64,000 bases of DNA, from contig DASVDT010000011.1 in assembly GCA_036380955.1 (NCBI GenBank), positions 1,985 through 65,984 on the forward strand. The letters are read 5' to 3'. This document shows positions 42,484 to 53,633 of this stretch, piece by piece (position 1 is the first letter of the stretch; every line of letters begins with the position of its first letter). The notes beneath the pieces were generated by a model, which worked only from the letters and a program-made list of their open reading frames with translations, did not search any database and had not been told where the DNA came from. A program made the translations under genes and the position numbers. This stretch comes from Candidatus Limnocylindria bacterium. Lineage in GTDB: Bacteria; Chloroflexota; Limnocylindria; QHBO01.

Positions 42484-43478
42484 CGGACTCCGTGGCCGCG
42501 CGCACCGGGGAAGGGTCGAGCGCCGAAGCGGTCGAGTCGGCCTGGCGCCGCGTGCAGCTGGCGCGCCACCCGCAACGGCCGCGCACCCTCGACCTCGTGC
42601 CGTTGATGTTCGAGGGGTTCACCGAGCTGCATGGCGATCGAACCTTCGGGGACGACCCCGCCATCGTCGGCGGCCCGGCCCTGCTGGAGGGCCGGCCGGT
42701 CATGATCATCGGCCACCAGAAGGGCACCGACACCGAGTCGAACATCTCGCGGAACTTCGGCTCGCCGCACCCCGAGGGCTTCCGCAAGGCTCAGCGCCTG
42801 ATGCGGCTGGCCGACAAGATCGGGATTCCGGTGGTCACCTTCCTCGACACCGCGGGCGCATTCCCGGGACCGGCGGCGGAGGAGCGCGGGCAGGCGGAGG
42901 CGATCGCCGCCAGCATCAAGCTCATGACCGGCCTCCAGGTGCCGATCGTGGTCGTGGTCCTGGGCGAGGGCGGGTCGGGCGGCGCGCTCGCCATCGGCGT
43001 CGGGGACCGCGTCCTGGCGCTCGAGAACTCGGTGTACTCGGTCATCAGCCCCGAAGGTGCCTCGTCGATCCTGTGGCGCTCGCGCGACGAGGCGAGGACG
43101 GCGGCCGCGGCCATGCGCATGACGGCGACGGATCAGCTGGAGCTCGGGGTGGTCGACGCGATCGTTCCCGAGCCGGGCGAGGGTGCGCACAGCGACCACG
43201 CCGCCACCGCCCGAGCGGTGCGCGCGGCGATCCTGGCGGCGCTGCGCGAGCTGGCCGCGTATGGCACGGCCGAGCTCCTCGAGACCCGCTATGCTCGGGC
43301 GCGCGGCATGGGCGCCTACCTGGAGACGGGGACCGGCTCCCGCAGGCCGCCGGAGGCGCCATCCTTGCGCCGCCGGATCGGACGGATCCTTCACCTGCCC
43401 GGCGTCCCACGGCGTCCGCGCTGGAGCGAGATCTGGCCGAGCGCTGACGACGACGCCGACACCGAGAGGGGCGCATGA
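42480..43478 (+). CDS. accA: Acetyl-CoA carboxylase carboxyltransferase alpha subunit
   Basis: Typical AccA segments (RPRTLDL..., FLDTAGAFPG, GEGGSGGALA). ATGA overlap with accD. Confidence 0.9.
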   Translation: MTDSVAARTGEGSSAEAVESAWRRVQLARHPQRPRTLDLVPLMFEGFTELHGDRTFGDDPAIVGGPALLEGRPVMIIGHQKGTDTESNISRNFGSPHPEGFRKAQRLMRLADKIGIPVVTFLDTAGAFPGPAAEERGQAEAIAASIKLMTGLQVPIVVVVLGEGGSGGALAIGVGDRVLALENSVYSVISPEGASSILWRSRDEARTAAAAMRMTATDQLELGVVDAIVPEPGEGAHSDHAATARAVRAAILAALRELAAYGTAELLETRYARARGMGAYLETGTGSRRPPEAPSLRRRIGRILHLPGVPRRPRWSEIWPSADDDADTERGA

Positions 43479-43954
43479 CCGATTCCGACGACGCCGCCCT
43501 CGAAGCCATCTCGCACGCTGCCGCGGAGCTCGTGCCGGCGCTGACCGAGCGGCTCCGGCGCCATGGACTGGGCGAGATCGAGGTGGCTCGCGGCGAGCTG
43601 CGACTGCGCGTCGCGGCAGCCCCGCCCAGCGCTCCGTCCTCGCCACCCTCCAGGCCCTTCGCCGCGGAGGCCGTCACGGCGGCCGCCGCTGAAGACCCGG
43701 CCGCGCCGGACGGTTCGACCCCGATCGGGGTTGCCTCGCCGGCCGTCGGCTTCTTCGTGTACGCCGACGGCCTTGGCCCCGGGCTCGACGTCGTCAAGGG
43801 CGATGCGCTGGGCCACGTCGAGATGCTCGGCGTGAGGCACGACGTTCGTGCCCCGCGCGGCGGAACGGTGCGCCACCTGGTCGCGGAGAGCGGCGAGGCA
43901 GTCGAGTACGGCCAGGTCGTGCTCGAGCTCGAAGCCCCGGAGGCGTCGCGTTGA
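43475..43954 (+). CDS. BCCP-like biotinyl/lipoyl-domain protein lacking the biotinylatable lysine
   Basis: The C-terminal domain aligns with AccB from this window, but GHVEMLGVRHDV replaces GLIEAMKLFNEI, so Gly occupies the Lys position. Ala/Pro linker as in BCCP. Overlaps the accA stop and the fabD start. Confidence 0.7.
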   Translation: MTDSDDAALEAISHAAAELVPALTERLRRHGLGEIEVARGELRLRVAAAPPSAPSSPPSRPFAAEAVTAAAAEDPAAPDGSTPIGVASPAVGFFVYADGLGPGLDVVKGDALGHVEMLGVRHDVRAPRGGTVRHLVAESGEAVEYGQVVLELEAPEASR

Positions 43955-44895
43955 CCCTCGCCCTCCTGTTCAGTCCACAGGGCTCGCAGGTCGTCGGCAT
44001 GGGCCGCGAGCTGGCGGAGCGCCATCGGGCCGCGCGCGCCGTCTTCGAGGAGGCCGATGCGACGCTTGGCTGGTCGGTGTCGGCGACGTGCTGGTCCGGA
44101 CCCGCGGAGCGCCTGGCCGATACGCGCCAGACCCAGCCATGCCTGCTCACGACGTCGGTCGCGGCGCTCCGCGCCTTCGAGGCGGCCGGCGTGGCGCAGC
44201 CCGCGGTCGTCGCGGGCCACTCGGTCGGCGAGTATGCCGCGCTGGTGGCCGCGGGCGTCCTCGACCTCCCTGCCGCACTCCGGCTCGTCTCTCGTCGCGC
44301 CGAGCTCATGGCCGAAGCCGACCGCGAGGGCGGCATGTCGGCCGTCCTCGGCCTCGATCGCGAGACGGTCGACGAGGTCGTTGGCAGCGTCGCCCGTCCG
44401 ACCGAGCTGGTCGTCGCGAACGACAACGCGCCCGGACAGGTCGTCATCTCCGGCACCAGCGAGGCGTTGATGGCGGTGGAGGAGCCGATGCGCGCCGCCG
44501 GTGCGAAGCGCATCGTCCGCCTGCCGGTCTCGGGCGCCTTCCACTCGCCGCTGATGGCGGGCGTCGCCGATGAGCTGGCCGAGGCATTCGGTGCAGAGAC
44601 CTGGAACGAGGCGCGCGTCGCGGTCATGAGCAACGTCACCGGCGAGCCGGAGTCCGATCCGGCTCGCATCCGCGCCCTGCTGGCGGAGCAGGTTCGCTCG
44701 CCGGTGGAGTGGGTGCGCTGCGTCGAGCGCATGGCGGCTGACGGAGTCGACACGATGATCGAGTGCGGGGCGGGCTCGGCCCTGGTGGGCATGGTTCGCC
44801 GCATCGCGCCCGCGGTGCGTACGGCGACGGTGAGCGACGCCGCCACGCTCGAGGGCGCCATCGCGCTCTTCTCGCTCACGGGCTCCCGGAGCTGA
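43951..44895 (+). CDS. fabD: Malonyl-CoA:ACP transacylase
   Basis: LLFSPQGSQVVGMG and active-site GHSVGEYAAL. Confidence 0.9.
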   Translation: MTLALLFSPQGSQVVGMGRELAERHRAARAVFEEADATLGWSVSATCWSGPAERLADTRQTQPCLLTTSVAALRAFEAAGVAQPAVVAGHSVGEYAALVAAGVLDLPAALRLVSRRAELMAEADREGGMSAVLGLDRETVDEVVGSVARPTELVVANDNAPGQVVISGTSEALMAVEEPMRAAGAKRIVRLPVSGAFHSPLMAGVADELAEAFGAETWNEARVAVMSNVTGEPESDPARIRALLAEQVRSPVEWVRCVERMAADGVDTMIECGAGSALVGMVRRIAPAVRTATVSDAATLEGAIALFSLTGSRS

Positions 44896-44896
44896 G

Positions 44897-46258
<1,362 letters not shown>

Positions 46259-46265
46259 CGGACCA

Positions 46266-46766
46266 ATGGAAGAGATGACCACCGACACCAGCACCACCCC
46301 GACACTGCCGCTCGAGGCGTCCGACATCATGCGGATCCTTCCGCATCGGTATCCCTTCCTGCTGGTCGACCGGATCATCGAGCTCGAGCCGGGCAAGCGC
46401 GTGGTCGGCATCAAGCAGGTGACCGCCAACGAGCCGCAGTTCACCGGCCACTTCCCGGATCGGCCGATCATGCCCGGCGTGCTGATGGTCGAGGCGCTGG
46501 CCCAGACGGCCGGGGTTGGCGTCATGACCCTGGACGAGTACCGCGGCAAGCTGGGGCTCTTCGCCGGCATCGACGACTGCCGCTTCCGGCGGCTGGTGCA
46601 GCCCGGCGACACGCTGCGGCTCGAGGTGACGGTCGAGAAGCTGCGCGGCATGTTCGGCCGGGTCAGGGCCGTCGCCAGCGTCGACGGGGAGGTTGCCGTC
46701 GAGGCGACCCTGAGCATCATCATCCCGCGCGACCAGGAGATGGGAGGAGGCAGCGCCGATGCGTGA
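46266..46766 (+). CDS. fabZ: 3-hydroxyacyl-ACP dehydratase
   Basis: [12 protein letters not shown] and [19 protein letters not shown] hot-dog motifs. Confidence 0.9.
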   Translation: MEEMTTDTSTTPTLPLEASDIMRILPHRYPFLLVDRIIELEPGKRVVGIKQVTANEPQFTGHFPDRPIMPGVLMVEALAQTAGVGVMTLDEYRGKLGLFAGIDDCRFRRLVQPGDTLRLEVTVEKLRGMFGRVRAVASVDGEVAVEATLSIIIPRDQEMGGGSADA

Positions 46767-48024
46767 CGGCGAACACCGCGTGGTCGTGACCGGCATGGGC
46801 GCCATCACCCCGGTCGGCAACGACGTCGCGGCATTGTGGGACTCGCTCATCAACGGGCGCAGCGGCATCGACCGCATCTCGCTGTTCGACCCGGTCAAGA
46901 CCGCGGCCAAGGTGGCCGGCGAGGTCAAGGGCTTCGACGCCGATACGCTCATGCCGAAGAAGGAGGTCCGCCGCAACGACCGCTACGTGCACTACGCCTG
47001 GGCGGCCGTGGCCGAGGCGATGCGCGACGCCGGTCTGCCGAACCCGATCGAGGACGACGCGCTCGCCTGGCGAACCGGCTGCATCATCGGCTCCGGCATC
47101 GGCGGCATCAACACCATGATCCGCGACGTGACCGAGGCGGTCGAGTACGGCATCGAGCGCATCGGCCCGTTCCTGGTCACCGCCATGATCCCGGACATGG
47201 CGGCTGGCTACGTGGCCATCTACGCCAACGCGCGCGGCCCCAACTACGCGACCGTCAGCGCCTGCTCCAGCAGCAACCACGCCATCGGCGACTCGCTCAA
47301 CATCATCCGCCGCGGCGAGGCGGACGTCATGATCGCCGGCGGCGCGGAGGCGGGCATCGGCGAGATCCCGGTCGCCGCGTTCAGCGCCATGCGCGCGCTG
47401 TCGACGAAGTGCAACGAGGACCCGCAGAAGGCCTCCCGGCCCTTCGACGCGGAGCGTGACGGGTTCGTGATGGGCGACGGCGCCGGGATTCTCGTGCTGG
47501 AGTCGCTGGACCACGCCCTGGCCCGCGGCGCGACGATCCACGCGGAGGTCATCGGCTATGGCGCCACCGATGACGCGTCGCACATCACGCTGCCCGCACC
47601 GGGCGGCCGCGGCGCGGTCGAGAGCATGCGGGTCGCCATCGCCGATGCAGGGCTGACCACGGACGACATCGACTACATCAACGCGCATGGCACGTCGACG
47701 CCGCCGAACGATCGGTCCGAGACGGCCGCCATCAAGACGCTGTTCGGAGAGCAGGCATACCGCGTCCCGATCAGCAGCACGAAGTCGATGACCGGGCACC
47801 TCATGGGCGCCGGTGGCGGGGTCGAGGCGATCGCCACCATCCAGGCCATCAAGACGGGGATCGTGCCGCCCACCATCAACCAGGAGCACCCGGACCCCGA
47901 TTGCGACCTCGATTACGTGCCGAACGAGGCGCGCCGGCTCGAGGTCGGGGTGGGGATGAGCAACAGCTTCGGCTTCGGTGGCCACAACGCCACGCTCGTG
48001 TTCCGCCGGTACGACGGCGCATGA
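46759..48024 (+). CDS. fabF: 3-oxoacyl-ACP synthase II
   Basis: Active-site Cys context [23 protein letters not shown] and GHLMGAGG. Confidence 0.95.
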   Translation: MRDGEHRVVVTGMGAITPVGNDVAALWDSLINGRSGIDRISLFDPVKTAAKVAGEVKGFDADTLMPKKEVRRNDRYVHYAWAAVAEAMRDAGLPNPIEDDALAWRTGCIIGSGIGGINTMIRDVTEAVEYGIERIGPFLVTAMIPDMAAGYVAIYANARGPNYATVSACSSSNHAIGDSLNIIRRGEADVMIAGGAEAGIGEIPVAAFSAMRALSTKCNEDPQKASRPFDAERDGFVMGDGAGILVLESLDHALARGATIHAEVIGYGATDDASHITLPAPGGRGAVESMRVAIADAGLTTDDIDYINAHGTSTPPNDRSETAAIKTLFGEQAYRVPISSTKSMTGHLMGAGGGVEAIATIQAIKTGIVPPTINQEHPDPDCDLDYVPNEARRLEVGVGMSNSFGFGGHNATLVFRRYDGA

Positions 48025-48482
48025 CCGATCCGCAGGACCCGATCCTGGCCGCGGTCGACCTCCTGGCGCCGGCGTTCGAGGGCGCCGGGCTGGACGAGCT
48101 CGAGCTGGCGGTCGGCGACCTGCACGTTCGCCTGGCCAGGCCACGCCAGCCCGTCGCGGGACCGGCGCCGGCGCCCGCCGCGCCAGCGCCGGCTCCGCTT
48201 CCCGCCGAGCCGCTGACCCCCTATGGCGCACCGGCGCCCGGAATGCGCTTCGTCAGCGCCCCGCTGACCGGCGTCTGGTACCCGTCGCCGTCGCCCGGCG
48301 CGCGGCCGTACGTCAGCGAGGGCGACGAAGTCACTGCGGGCCAGGTCATCGGCCTCATCGAGGCAATGAAGCTGTTCAACGAGATCAAGTCCGATACCTC
48401 CGGCCGGATCAGCCGCGTGCTCGTCGAGAACGGAACGCTGGTCAAGCGCAAGCAGCCGCTGCTGGAGATCGATCCCCGATGA
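48021..48482 (+). CDS. accB: Biotin carboxyl carrier protein of acetyl-CoA carboxylase
   Basis: Canonical biotinylation motif IEAMKLFNEI and a Pro/Ala linker. ATGA overlap with fabF. Confidence 0.9.
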   Translation: MTDPQDPILAAVDLLAPAFEGAGLDELELAVGDLHVRLARPRQPVAGPAPAPAAPAPAPLPAEPLTPYGAPAPGMRFVSAPLTGVWYPSPSPGARPYVSEGDEVTAGQVIGLIEAMKLFNEIKSDTSGRISRVLVENGTLVKRKQPLLEIDPR

Positions 48483-48504
48483 CCGGAACCGAAGGAGCAC
48501 CACG

Positions 48505-49575
48505 ATGACCACGAATGCACTGATCACCGGTTGGGGGATGTACGCACCGTCGCGCGTCATGACCAATGACGACCTCGCCAAGCTGGTCGACACCAACGAC
48601 GAGTGGATCGTCACGCGGACGGGCATCCGGGAGCGGCGCATCGCGGCCGACGGCGAGACGACCACCATGCTCAGTGTCAACGCCGCGCGAGACGCCCTGG
48701 CCGTCGCCGGCCTCGATCCGGCGGAGCTCGACCTGGTCATCGTCGCGACCTGCACACCCGACTACCCGCTCCCGGCGACCAGCGTGCTCGTCGCGAGCGA
48801 GCTCGGCGCCACGCGCGCCGCGGGCTTCGACCTGCAGGCGGCGTGCTCGGGCTTCCTGTACGGGCTCGCTTCCGGCACGAGCTTCGTGCGGAGCGGGATG
48901 TACCGCAACGTCCTCGTGATCGGCGTCGAGATCCTGAGCCGGTTCCTCGACTGGAGTGACCGGAGCACGTGCGTGCTCTTCGGCGATGGCGCGGGAGCCG
49001 TCCTGCTGCAGGCCTCCGACCAACCCGGCGGCATGCTTGGCTTCGACCTGTTCAGCGATGGCGGCGGCTGCGAGGCGATCATCGTCCCGGCCGGCGGCTC
49101 GATCAACCCGGCCTCGCACGCGACCGTCGATGCGCGCCAGCACACCATCAAGATGCTCGGCAGCGAGGTCTACAAGTACGCGACTCGGCAGATGGGTGAG
49201 TCGGCCCTCGCGGCGCTGCGCAGTGCCGGCATGACGGTCGATGACGTGGACCAGTTCGTCTTCCACCAGGCGAACCTGCGGATCATTCACTCGGTGCAGA
49301 AGCAATTCCGCATCCCGGACGAGAAGACCTTCGTCAACATCGAGAAGTACGGCAACACGTCGGCCGCATCGGTGCCGATGGCGCTGGTGGAAGCCATCGC
49401 CAGCGATCGCGTGAAGCCGGGTGACCGGATCCTGATGGTCGCGTTCGGCGCGGGCTACACCGCCGGCAGCGCGGTCATCGAGTGGACCGCCGACCCGTCC
49501 CGGGCGCTGCTGGCTCCCGGATCGCAGACGCGCCTCGGCCAGCCGCAGCGCACGCTGGCGGACGCGGCCGTCTGA
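48505..49575 (+). CDS. fabH: 3-oxoacyl-ACP synthase III
   Basis: AACSGFLYG (Cys), HQANLRI (His) and GNTSAASVP (Asn) catalytic-triad contexts. Confidence 0.9.
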   Translation: MTTNALITGWGMYAPSRVMTNDDLAKLVDTNDEWIVTRTGIRERRIAADGETTTMLSVNAARDALAVAGLDPAELDLVIVATCTPDYPLPATSVLVASELGATRAAGFDLQAACSGFLYGLASGTSFVRSGMYRNVLVIGVEILSRFLDWSDRSTCVLFGDGAGAVLLQASDQPGGMLGFDLFSDGGGCEAIIVPAGGSINPASHATVDARQHTIKMLGSEVYKYATRQMGESALAALRSAGMTVDDVDQFVFHQANLRIIHSVQKQFRIPDEKTFVNIEKYGNTSAASVPMALVEAIASDRVKPGDRILMVAFGAGYTAGSAVIEWTADPSRALLAPGSQTRLGQPQRTLADAAV

Positions 49576-50330
49576 TGTTCGACCTGACCGGCAAGACCGC
49601 GCTCGTCACCGGCGGCAGCCGTGGGCTCGGCCGCGCGATCGCCCTGGCGCTCGCGGGGCAGGGCGCCGATGTCGCGGTCAACTACCGCGGCAACGCGGAG
49701 GCGGCCGACGAGGTGGCGCAGCGGATCACCAGCGGCGGGCGGCGGGCCGTGACGATCCAGGGCGATACGAGCGCCGGCCGCGAGGCGTGCGAGGCGATCG
49801 TCAAGGAGGCCCTCGACGCGCTCGGTTCGGTCGACATCCTCGTCAACAACGCCGGGATCACGCGCGACAACCTGCTCATGCGCATGGATGGCGAGGAGTG
49901 GGACGCGGTCATCAGCACGAACCTGTCCGGACCGTTCTGGATGACGCGCGCGATCGCGCGGCCGATGCTCAAGGCGCGCTCGGGGCGGATCATCAACATG
50001 TCGAGCGCGGCCGGCCGCATGGGCAACGCCGGCCAGGCGAACTACGCCGCCGCCAAGGCCGGCCTCATCGGGCTCACCAAGACGACGGCGCGCGAGCTCG
50101 CGTCGCGCGGGATCACCTGCAACGCCATCGCGCCGGGCCTGATCGAGACCGATCTCACCGCCGACCTGCCGGAGGCCGCCACCGAGGCGCTCAAGGCGCT
50201 GACGCCGCTCGGCTACGTCGGCAGCGTCGAGGACGTCGCCGCGGCCGCGGTCTACTTCGCGTCCGACGAGGCGCGCTACGTCACCGGCCAGGTGCTGGGC
50301 GTCGACGGCGGCATCGTCATGGGGTCCTAG
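49575..50330 (+). CDS. fabG: 3-oxoacyl-ACP reductase
   Basis: SDR motifs TGGSRGLGRAIA, NNAG and YAAAKAG. Confidence 0.9.
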   Translation: MFDLTGKTALVTGGSRGLGRAIALALAGQGADVAVNYRGNAEAADEVAQRITSGGRRAVTIQGDTSAGREACEAIVKEALDALGSVDILVNNAGITRDNLLMRMDGEEWDAVISTNLSGPFWMTRAIARPMLKARSGRIINMSSAAGRMGNAGQANYAAAKAGLIGLTKTTARELASRGITCNAIAPGLIETDLTADLPEAATEALKALTPLGYVGSVEDVAAAAVYFASDEARYVTGQVLGVDGGIVMGS

Positions 50331-50345
50331 GCGCCCGATCGGCCC

Positions 50346-50392
50346 ATCGCTTGCAACCGGCCTAAGATGAAGGCCCGAGCCACGCAAGCGAT
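50346..50392. promoter_or_regulatory. 9-bp inverted repeat ATCGCTTGC / GCAAGCGAT flanking TAAGAT, upstream of sodN
   Basis: Read directly from the sequence. Arms at 50346-50354 and 50384-50392. TAAGAT (50363-50368) fits the TAnnnT -10 pattern. Confidence 0.4.
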
Positions 50393-50412
50393 TCGTCACC
50401 GAGAGGAGACCG

Positions 50413-50844
50413 ATGCTCACCCTGCGCTCAATCGTCCACCCCACCCGCATCGTGGATGCGCACTGCGACATCCCATGCGGCATCTACGACCCCGAGCAGG
50501 CACGGATCGAGGCCGAGTCCTGCCTTCGCATCATCGAGAAGCACGACGCCAGCGACGACAAGCTCTTCCGCGCCCGATGCATCCACGTCAAGGAGGAGCG
50601 CGCCGAGCTCGTGAAGCACCACCTCGACGTCCTGTGGCACGACTACTTCAAGCCGGAGCACCTCGAGAAGTACCCGAACCTGCACGAGACCTTCTGGAAG
50701 GCCACCAAGCAGGCCTCGAAGGTCAAGCAGTCGCTGGACGCCGGCGCGGCGAAGGAGCTGTTGGGCATGATCGACACCATCGACGAGATGTGGAAGTCGA
50801 CCGGCGGCCTCGAGAAGACGCGCGTCAACGGCCGCCCGAGCTGA
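50413..50844 (+). CDS. sodN: Nickel superoxide dismutase precursor
   Basis: Ni-hook HCDIPCGIYDP is preceded by a 16-residue propeptide. Followed by its S26-type maturation protease gene. Confidence 0.95.
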   Translation: MLTLRSIVHPTRIVDAHCDIPCGIYDPEQARIEAESCLRIIEKHDASDDKLFRARCIHVKEERAELVKHHLDVLWHDYFKPEHLEKYPNLHETFWKATKQASKVKQSLDAGAAKELLGMIDTIDEMWKSTGGLEKTRVNGRPS

Positions 50845-50851
50845 GCGACCG

Positions 50852-51292
50852 ATGCGACCGAGGGGCCTGATCGGGCCCCTCCTGTTGCTCGGCGGGCTGA
50901 TCGCCGCGCGTCGTTGGCTGGACGCCGTCGAGGTCCGCGGTCGCTCGATGGCGCCGACGCTGCTCTCCGGCGACCGGCTCCTGGTCGCCCGGCTCGCCCC
51001 GCGGGTCGGCGACGTCGTCCTCGCCACGGATCCGCGGGACGCAGGCCGCGAGCTCGTCAAGCGCGTCGTGAGCATCGATGGCTTCGGCGTGACCGTACGA
51101 GGCGACAACCCCGTCGCGAGCACCGATGCGCGGACCTTCGGCGCCATCCCCGTGGACCGCGTTCGGTGGCGCGTCCTGCTGCGCTACTGGCCGCTCGATC
51201 GAGCCGGTGTCGTGCCACCGGCGCCGCCCGTGGTCGACGAGGGTGGCGAGGACGCCTGCGCCTTTCCCCAGGCGCTCATCGCGGGTGAGTGA
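50852..51292 (+). CDS. sodX: Ni-SOD maturation protease (S26 signal-peptidase family)
   Basis: Catalytic Ser context GRSMAPTL and Lys context VKRV, an N-terminal TM helix, and position directly after sodN. Confidence 0.85.
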   Translation: MRPRGLIGPLLLLGGLIAARRWLDAVEVRGRSMAPTLLSGDRLLVARLAPRVGDVVLATDPRDAGRELVKRVVSIDGFGVTVRGDNPVASTDARTFGAIPVDRVRWRVLLRYWPLDRAGVVPPAPPVVDEGGEDACAFPQALIAGE

Positions 51293-51659
51293 GCGCCTGA
51301 CACGCCTCGGCGATGGCCTTCGCGCAGGCATGGAGCTCGGACGAGGTGATCTCCACATCGGGCCCGGCCTCGGCCGCGACGAGGTGCTCGACGCCGCGCG
51401 TGGGCTTGACCGCGAGCCGAGCGCTCGACGCCCGACGGCGGATCTCCTCGAAGATGGGACCCAATCCGGCGTCGCCGTACTCCGCGCGCACGGCGCCCGT
51501 ATCCACCAGCACGACGTTCGGGGCGCGAAGCACGACCGCCTGCTCGAGCCGGCCCGCGTCGTTGAAGAAGAAGGCGATGGCCCCGTGCAGCCGCTCGTCG
51601 ATCGCCGCGGCCAGGTCGTGATCGCGGGTCAGGCAGTAGACGATCGGTTCGGCGGCCAT
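51276..51659 (-). CDS. Hypothetical protein (127 aa)
   Basis: ORF with coding-like composition starting MAAEPIVYCL. Weak alternating beta/alpha pattern reminiscent of a degenerate receiver domain. No motif can be supported. Confidence 0.4.
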   Translation of the reverse strand: MAAEPIVYCLTRDHDLAAAIDERLHGAIAFFFNDAGRLEQAVVLRAPNVVLVDTGAVRAEYGDAGLGPIFEEIRRRASSARLAVKPTRGVEHLVAAEAGPDVEITSSELHACAKAIAEACQALTHPR

Positions 51660-51706
51660 CGGCCTCGAAGGGTAGCAGGGGCTTCCAGCGCTACAATCGA
51701 GGTCGT

Positions 51707-52669
51707 ATGACCACCACCACCCCGGCTCGCGCCGATCGGCGCGGCGACCTGACGACGGGGCGCCACCAGCACCTCGGCAGCCTCCTCGGCCGTGTCTGGC
51801 CGGTCGACGCCGTCGGTGTCGAGGAGCGCGCCGCATCGCTCGCCAAGCGCTCGATCAAGAAGGACGCCAAGCTGTGGGCGCTCGACATGGCCATCCGGAT
51901 GATGGACCTGACCACGCTCGAGGGGAAGGACACCCCCGGGAAGGTGCGCGCGCTGGCCGGCAAGGCCCGCCGTCCCGACCCGACCGATCCCTCGATCCCA
52001 TCGGTCGCGGCGCTGTGCGTCTACCCGAACATGATCCCCACCGCCGTCGAGGCGCTGAAGGGCTCGGGCGTGAAGGTCGCATCGGTGGCGACCTACTTCC
52101 CATCCGGCCAGGCGCCGCTCGAGGTCAAGCTCGCCGACGTCCGCAGCGCCGTCGAGATGGGGGCCGACGAGATCGACATGGTGATCGACCGCGGCGCGTT
52201 CCTGGCCGGTGAGTACGCAGCGGTCTACGACGAGATCGTCGCGGTCAAGGACGCCTGCGCCGACGCCCACCTCAAGGTCATCCTGGAGACCGGCGAGCTG
52301 GAGACGTACGACAACATCCGGCGGGCATCGGTCCTCGCCATGGCGGCCGGCGCGGATTTCATCAAGACATCCACGGGCAAGGTGACGCCCGCGTCGACGC
52401 TGCCGAGCTCGCTCGTCATGATGGAGGCCATCCGCGACTTCTACGGGCAGACCGGACGGGCGGTGGGCATGAAGTCCGCGGGCGGCATCCGGACGGCGAA
52501 GGAGGCGATCAGCTACCTGGTGGTGCTGTACGAGACCCTCGGCCCCGACTGGATGACGCCTGACCGATACCGCTTCGGCGCCTCCAGCCTGCTGAACGAC
52601 GTGCTCATGCAGATTCGCAAGGAGCGCACGGGCCGCTACTCCGGCGGCGATTACTTCACCCTCGACTGA
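51707..52669 (+). CDS. deoC: Deoxyribose-phosphate aldolase (long form)
   Basis: ADEIDMVI and Schiff-base lysine context FIKTSTGK. N-terminal extension as in actinobacterial DeoC. Confidence 0.9.
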   Translation: MTTTTPARADRRGDLTTGRHQHLGSLLGRVWPVDAVGVEERAASLAKRSIKKDAKLWALDMAIRMMDLTTLEGKDTPGKVRALAGKARRPDPTDPSIPSVAALCVYPNMIPTAVEALKGSGVKVASVATYFPSGQAPLEVKLADVRSAVEMGADEIDMVIDRGAFLAGEYAAVYDEIVAVKDACADAHLKVILETGELETYDNIRRASVLAMAAGADFIKTSTGKVTPASTLPSSLVMMEAIRDFYGQTGRAVGMKSAGGIRTAKEAISYLVVLYETLGPDWMTPDRYRFGASSLLNDVLMQIRKERTGRYSGGDYFTLD

Positions 52670-52916
52670 CCCCGCGCCGGCGCACAGGTACGCCGGCTGT
52701 CGCCGCGTTGGACGGCGCAATTCGGCACCTGCCAGCAAGGATCGACTTCGGCGATGTCTCGACCCGGATTCGCGTCACTCGCAGACCTCGGTTGGCAGGT
52801 CACGGTCACCGAAGGCCACGAAGGTTCCCTGGCCCGCCTGAGCCGGCTGTGGTTGGTACCTGACAAGTCCAATGCCCAGACGACCGTTCAGCCGCGGAAC
52901 GGCTAGAGTCGAACCC

Positions 52917-53597
52917 ATGGACGTCGCCCCGAACACGATCCAGGTCTGGTCGGACCTCTCCTGTCCGTGGTCGCACGCCGTCGTGTGGCGCCTGTGGGAC
53001 GCCCGACGACGTCTCGGCCTCGAGGGCCGTGTGACCTTCGATCACCACGCCTTCCCGCTCGAGCTGTTCAACAACGAGCCGACGCCGCGCCGGGAACGGG
53101 AGTCCGAGTGGCCGGTGGCCGCGTCGTTGGCGCCCCGGGCGGGCTGGCGGGCATGGTCGGCCCCGGATTCGGCCTATCCGGTCACAACGCTCCCGCCGAT
53201 GGAGGCCGTCCAGGCGGCCAAGCTCCAGTCGCTGGAAGCCTCCGAGGCGCTGGATCGGGGACTGCGTCGCGCGTTCTGGGCGGAGAGCCGATGCATCAGC
53301 CTGCGCCACGTCATCCTCGAGGTGGCCAACGAGACGGATGGGCTCGACGTCGCCGCACTCGCCGCAGCCCTCGACGATGGCCGCGCGCGGCGCGCGCTGA
53401 TGGACGACTGGGCAGTGGCCCAGGGCGACGAGGTCCGTGGGGCGGCGCACCTCTTCGCGCCGGACGGCACGAACGGGCAGAATCCGGGCATCGCGGTCGG
53501 CTGGATCGGCGACGACGGGTCCGGCGGGGGCGCCGCCGTCATCGAGAAGGACGATCCATCGGCCATCGAGGACTTCGTCCGTCGCGCCGCCGCGTGA
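52917..53597 (+). CDS. DsbA/FrnE-like thioredoxin-fold protein with CxxS motif
   Basis: IQVWSDLSCPWSHA at the N-terminus (CPWS rather than CPWC). ATG 52917 chosen. Confidence 0.6.
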   Translation: MDVAPNTIQVWSDLSCPWSHAVVWRLWDARRRLGLEGRVTFDHHAFPLELFNNEPTPRRERESEWPVAASLAPRAGWRAWSAPDSAYPVTTLPPMEAVQAAKLQSLEASEALDRGLRRAFWAESRCISLRHVILEVANETDGLDVAALAAALDDGRARRALMDDWAVAQGDEVRGAAHLFAPDGTNGQNPGIAVGWIGDDGSGGGAAVIEKDDPSAIEDFVRRAAA

Positions 53598-53633
53598 TCT
53601 CACGCCCTGGACGCTCGCAGCGTTAGATCCAGC

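Noticed and set aside
52675-52700. Recurrence of CGGCGCAC-containing words (for example 52680, 58130, 59215) as a possible dispersed motif.
   Set aside because: It is a short GC-rich oligomer expected often at this base composition. The instance at 52677-52699 is better explained as a simple 7-bp stem terminator after deoC.
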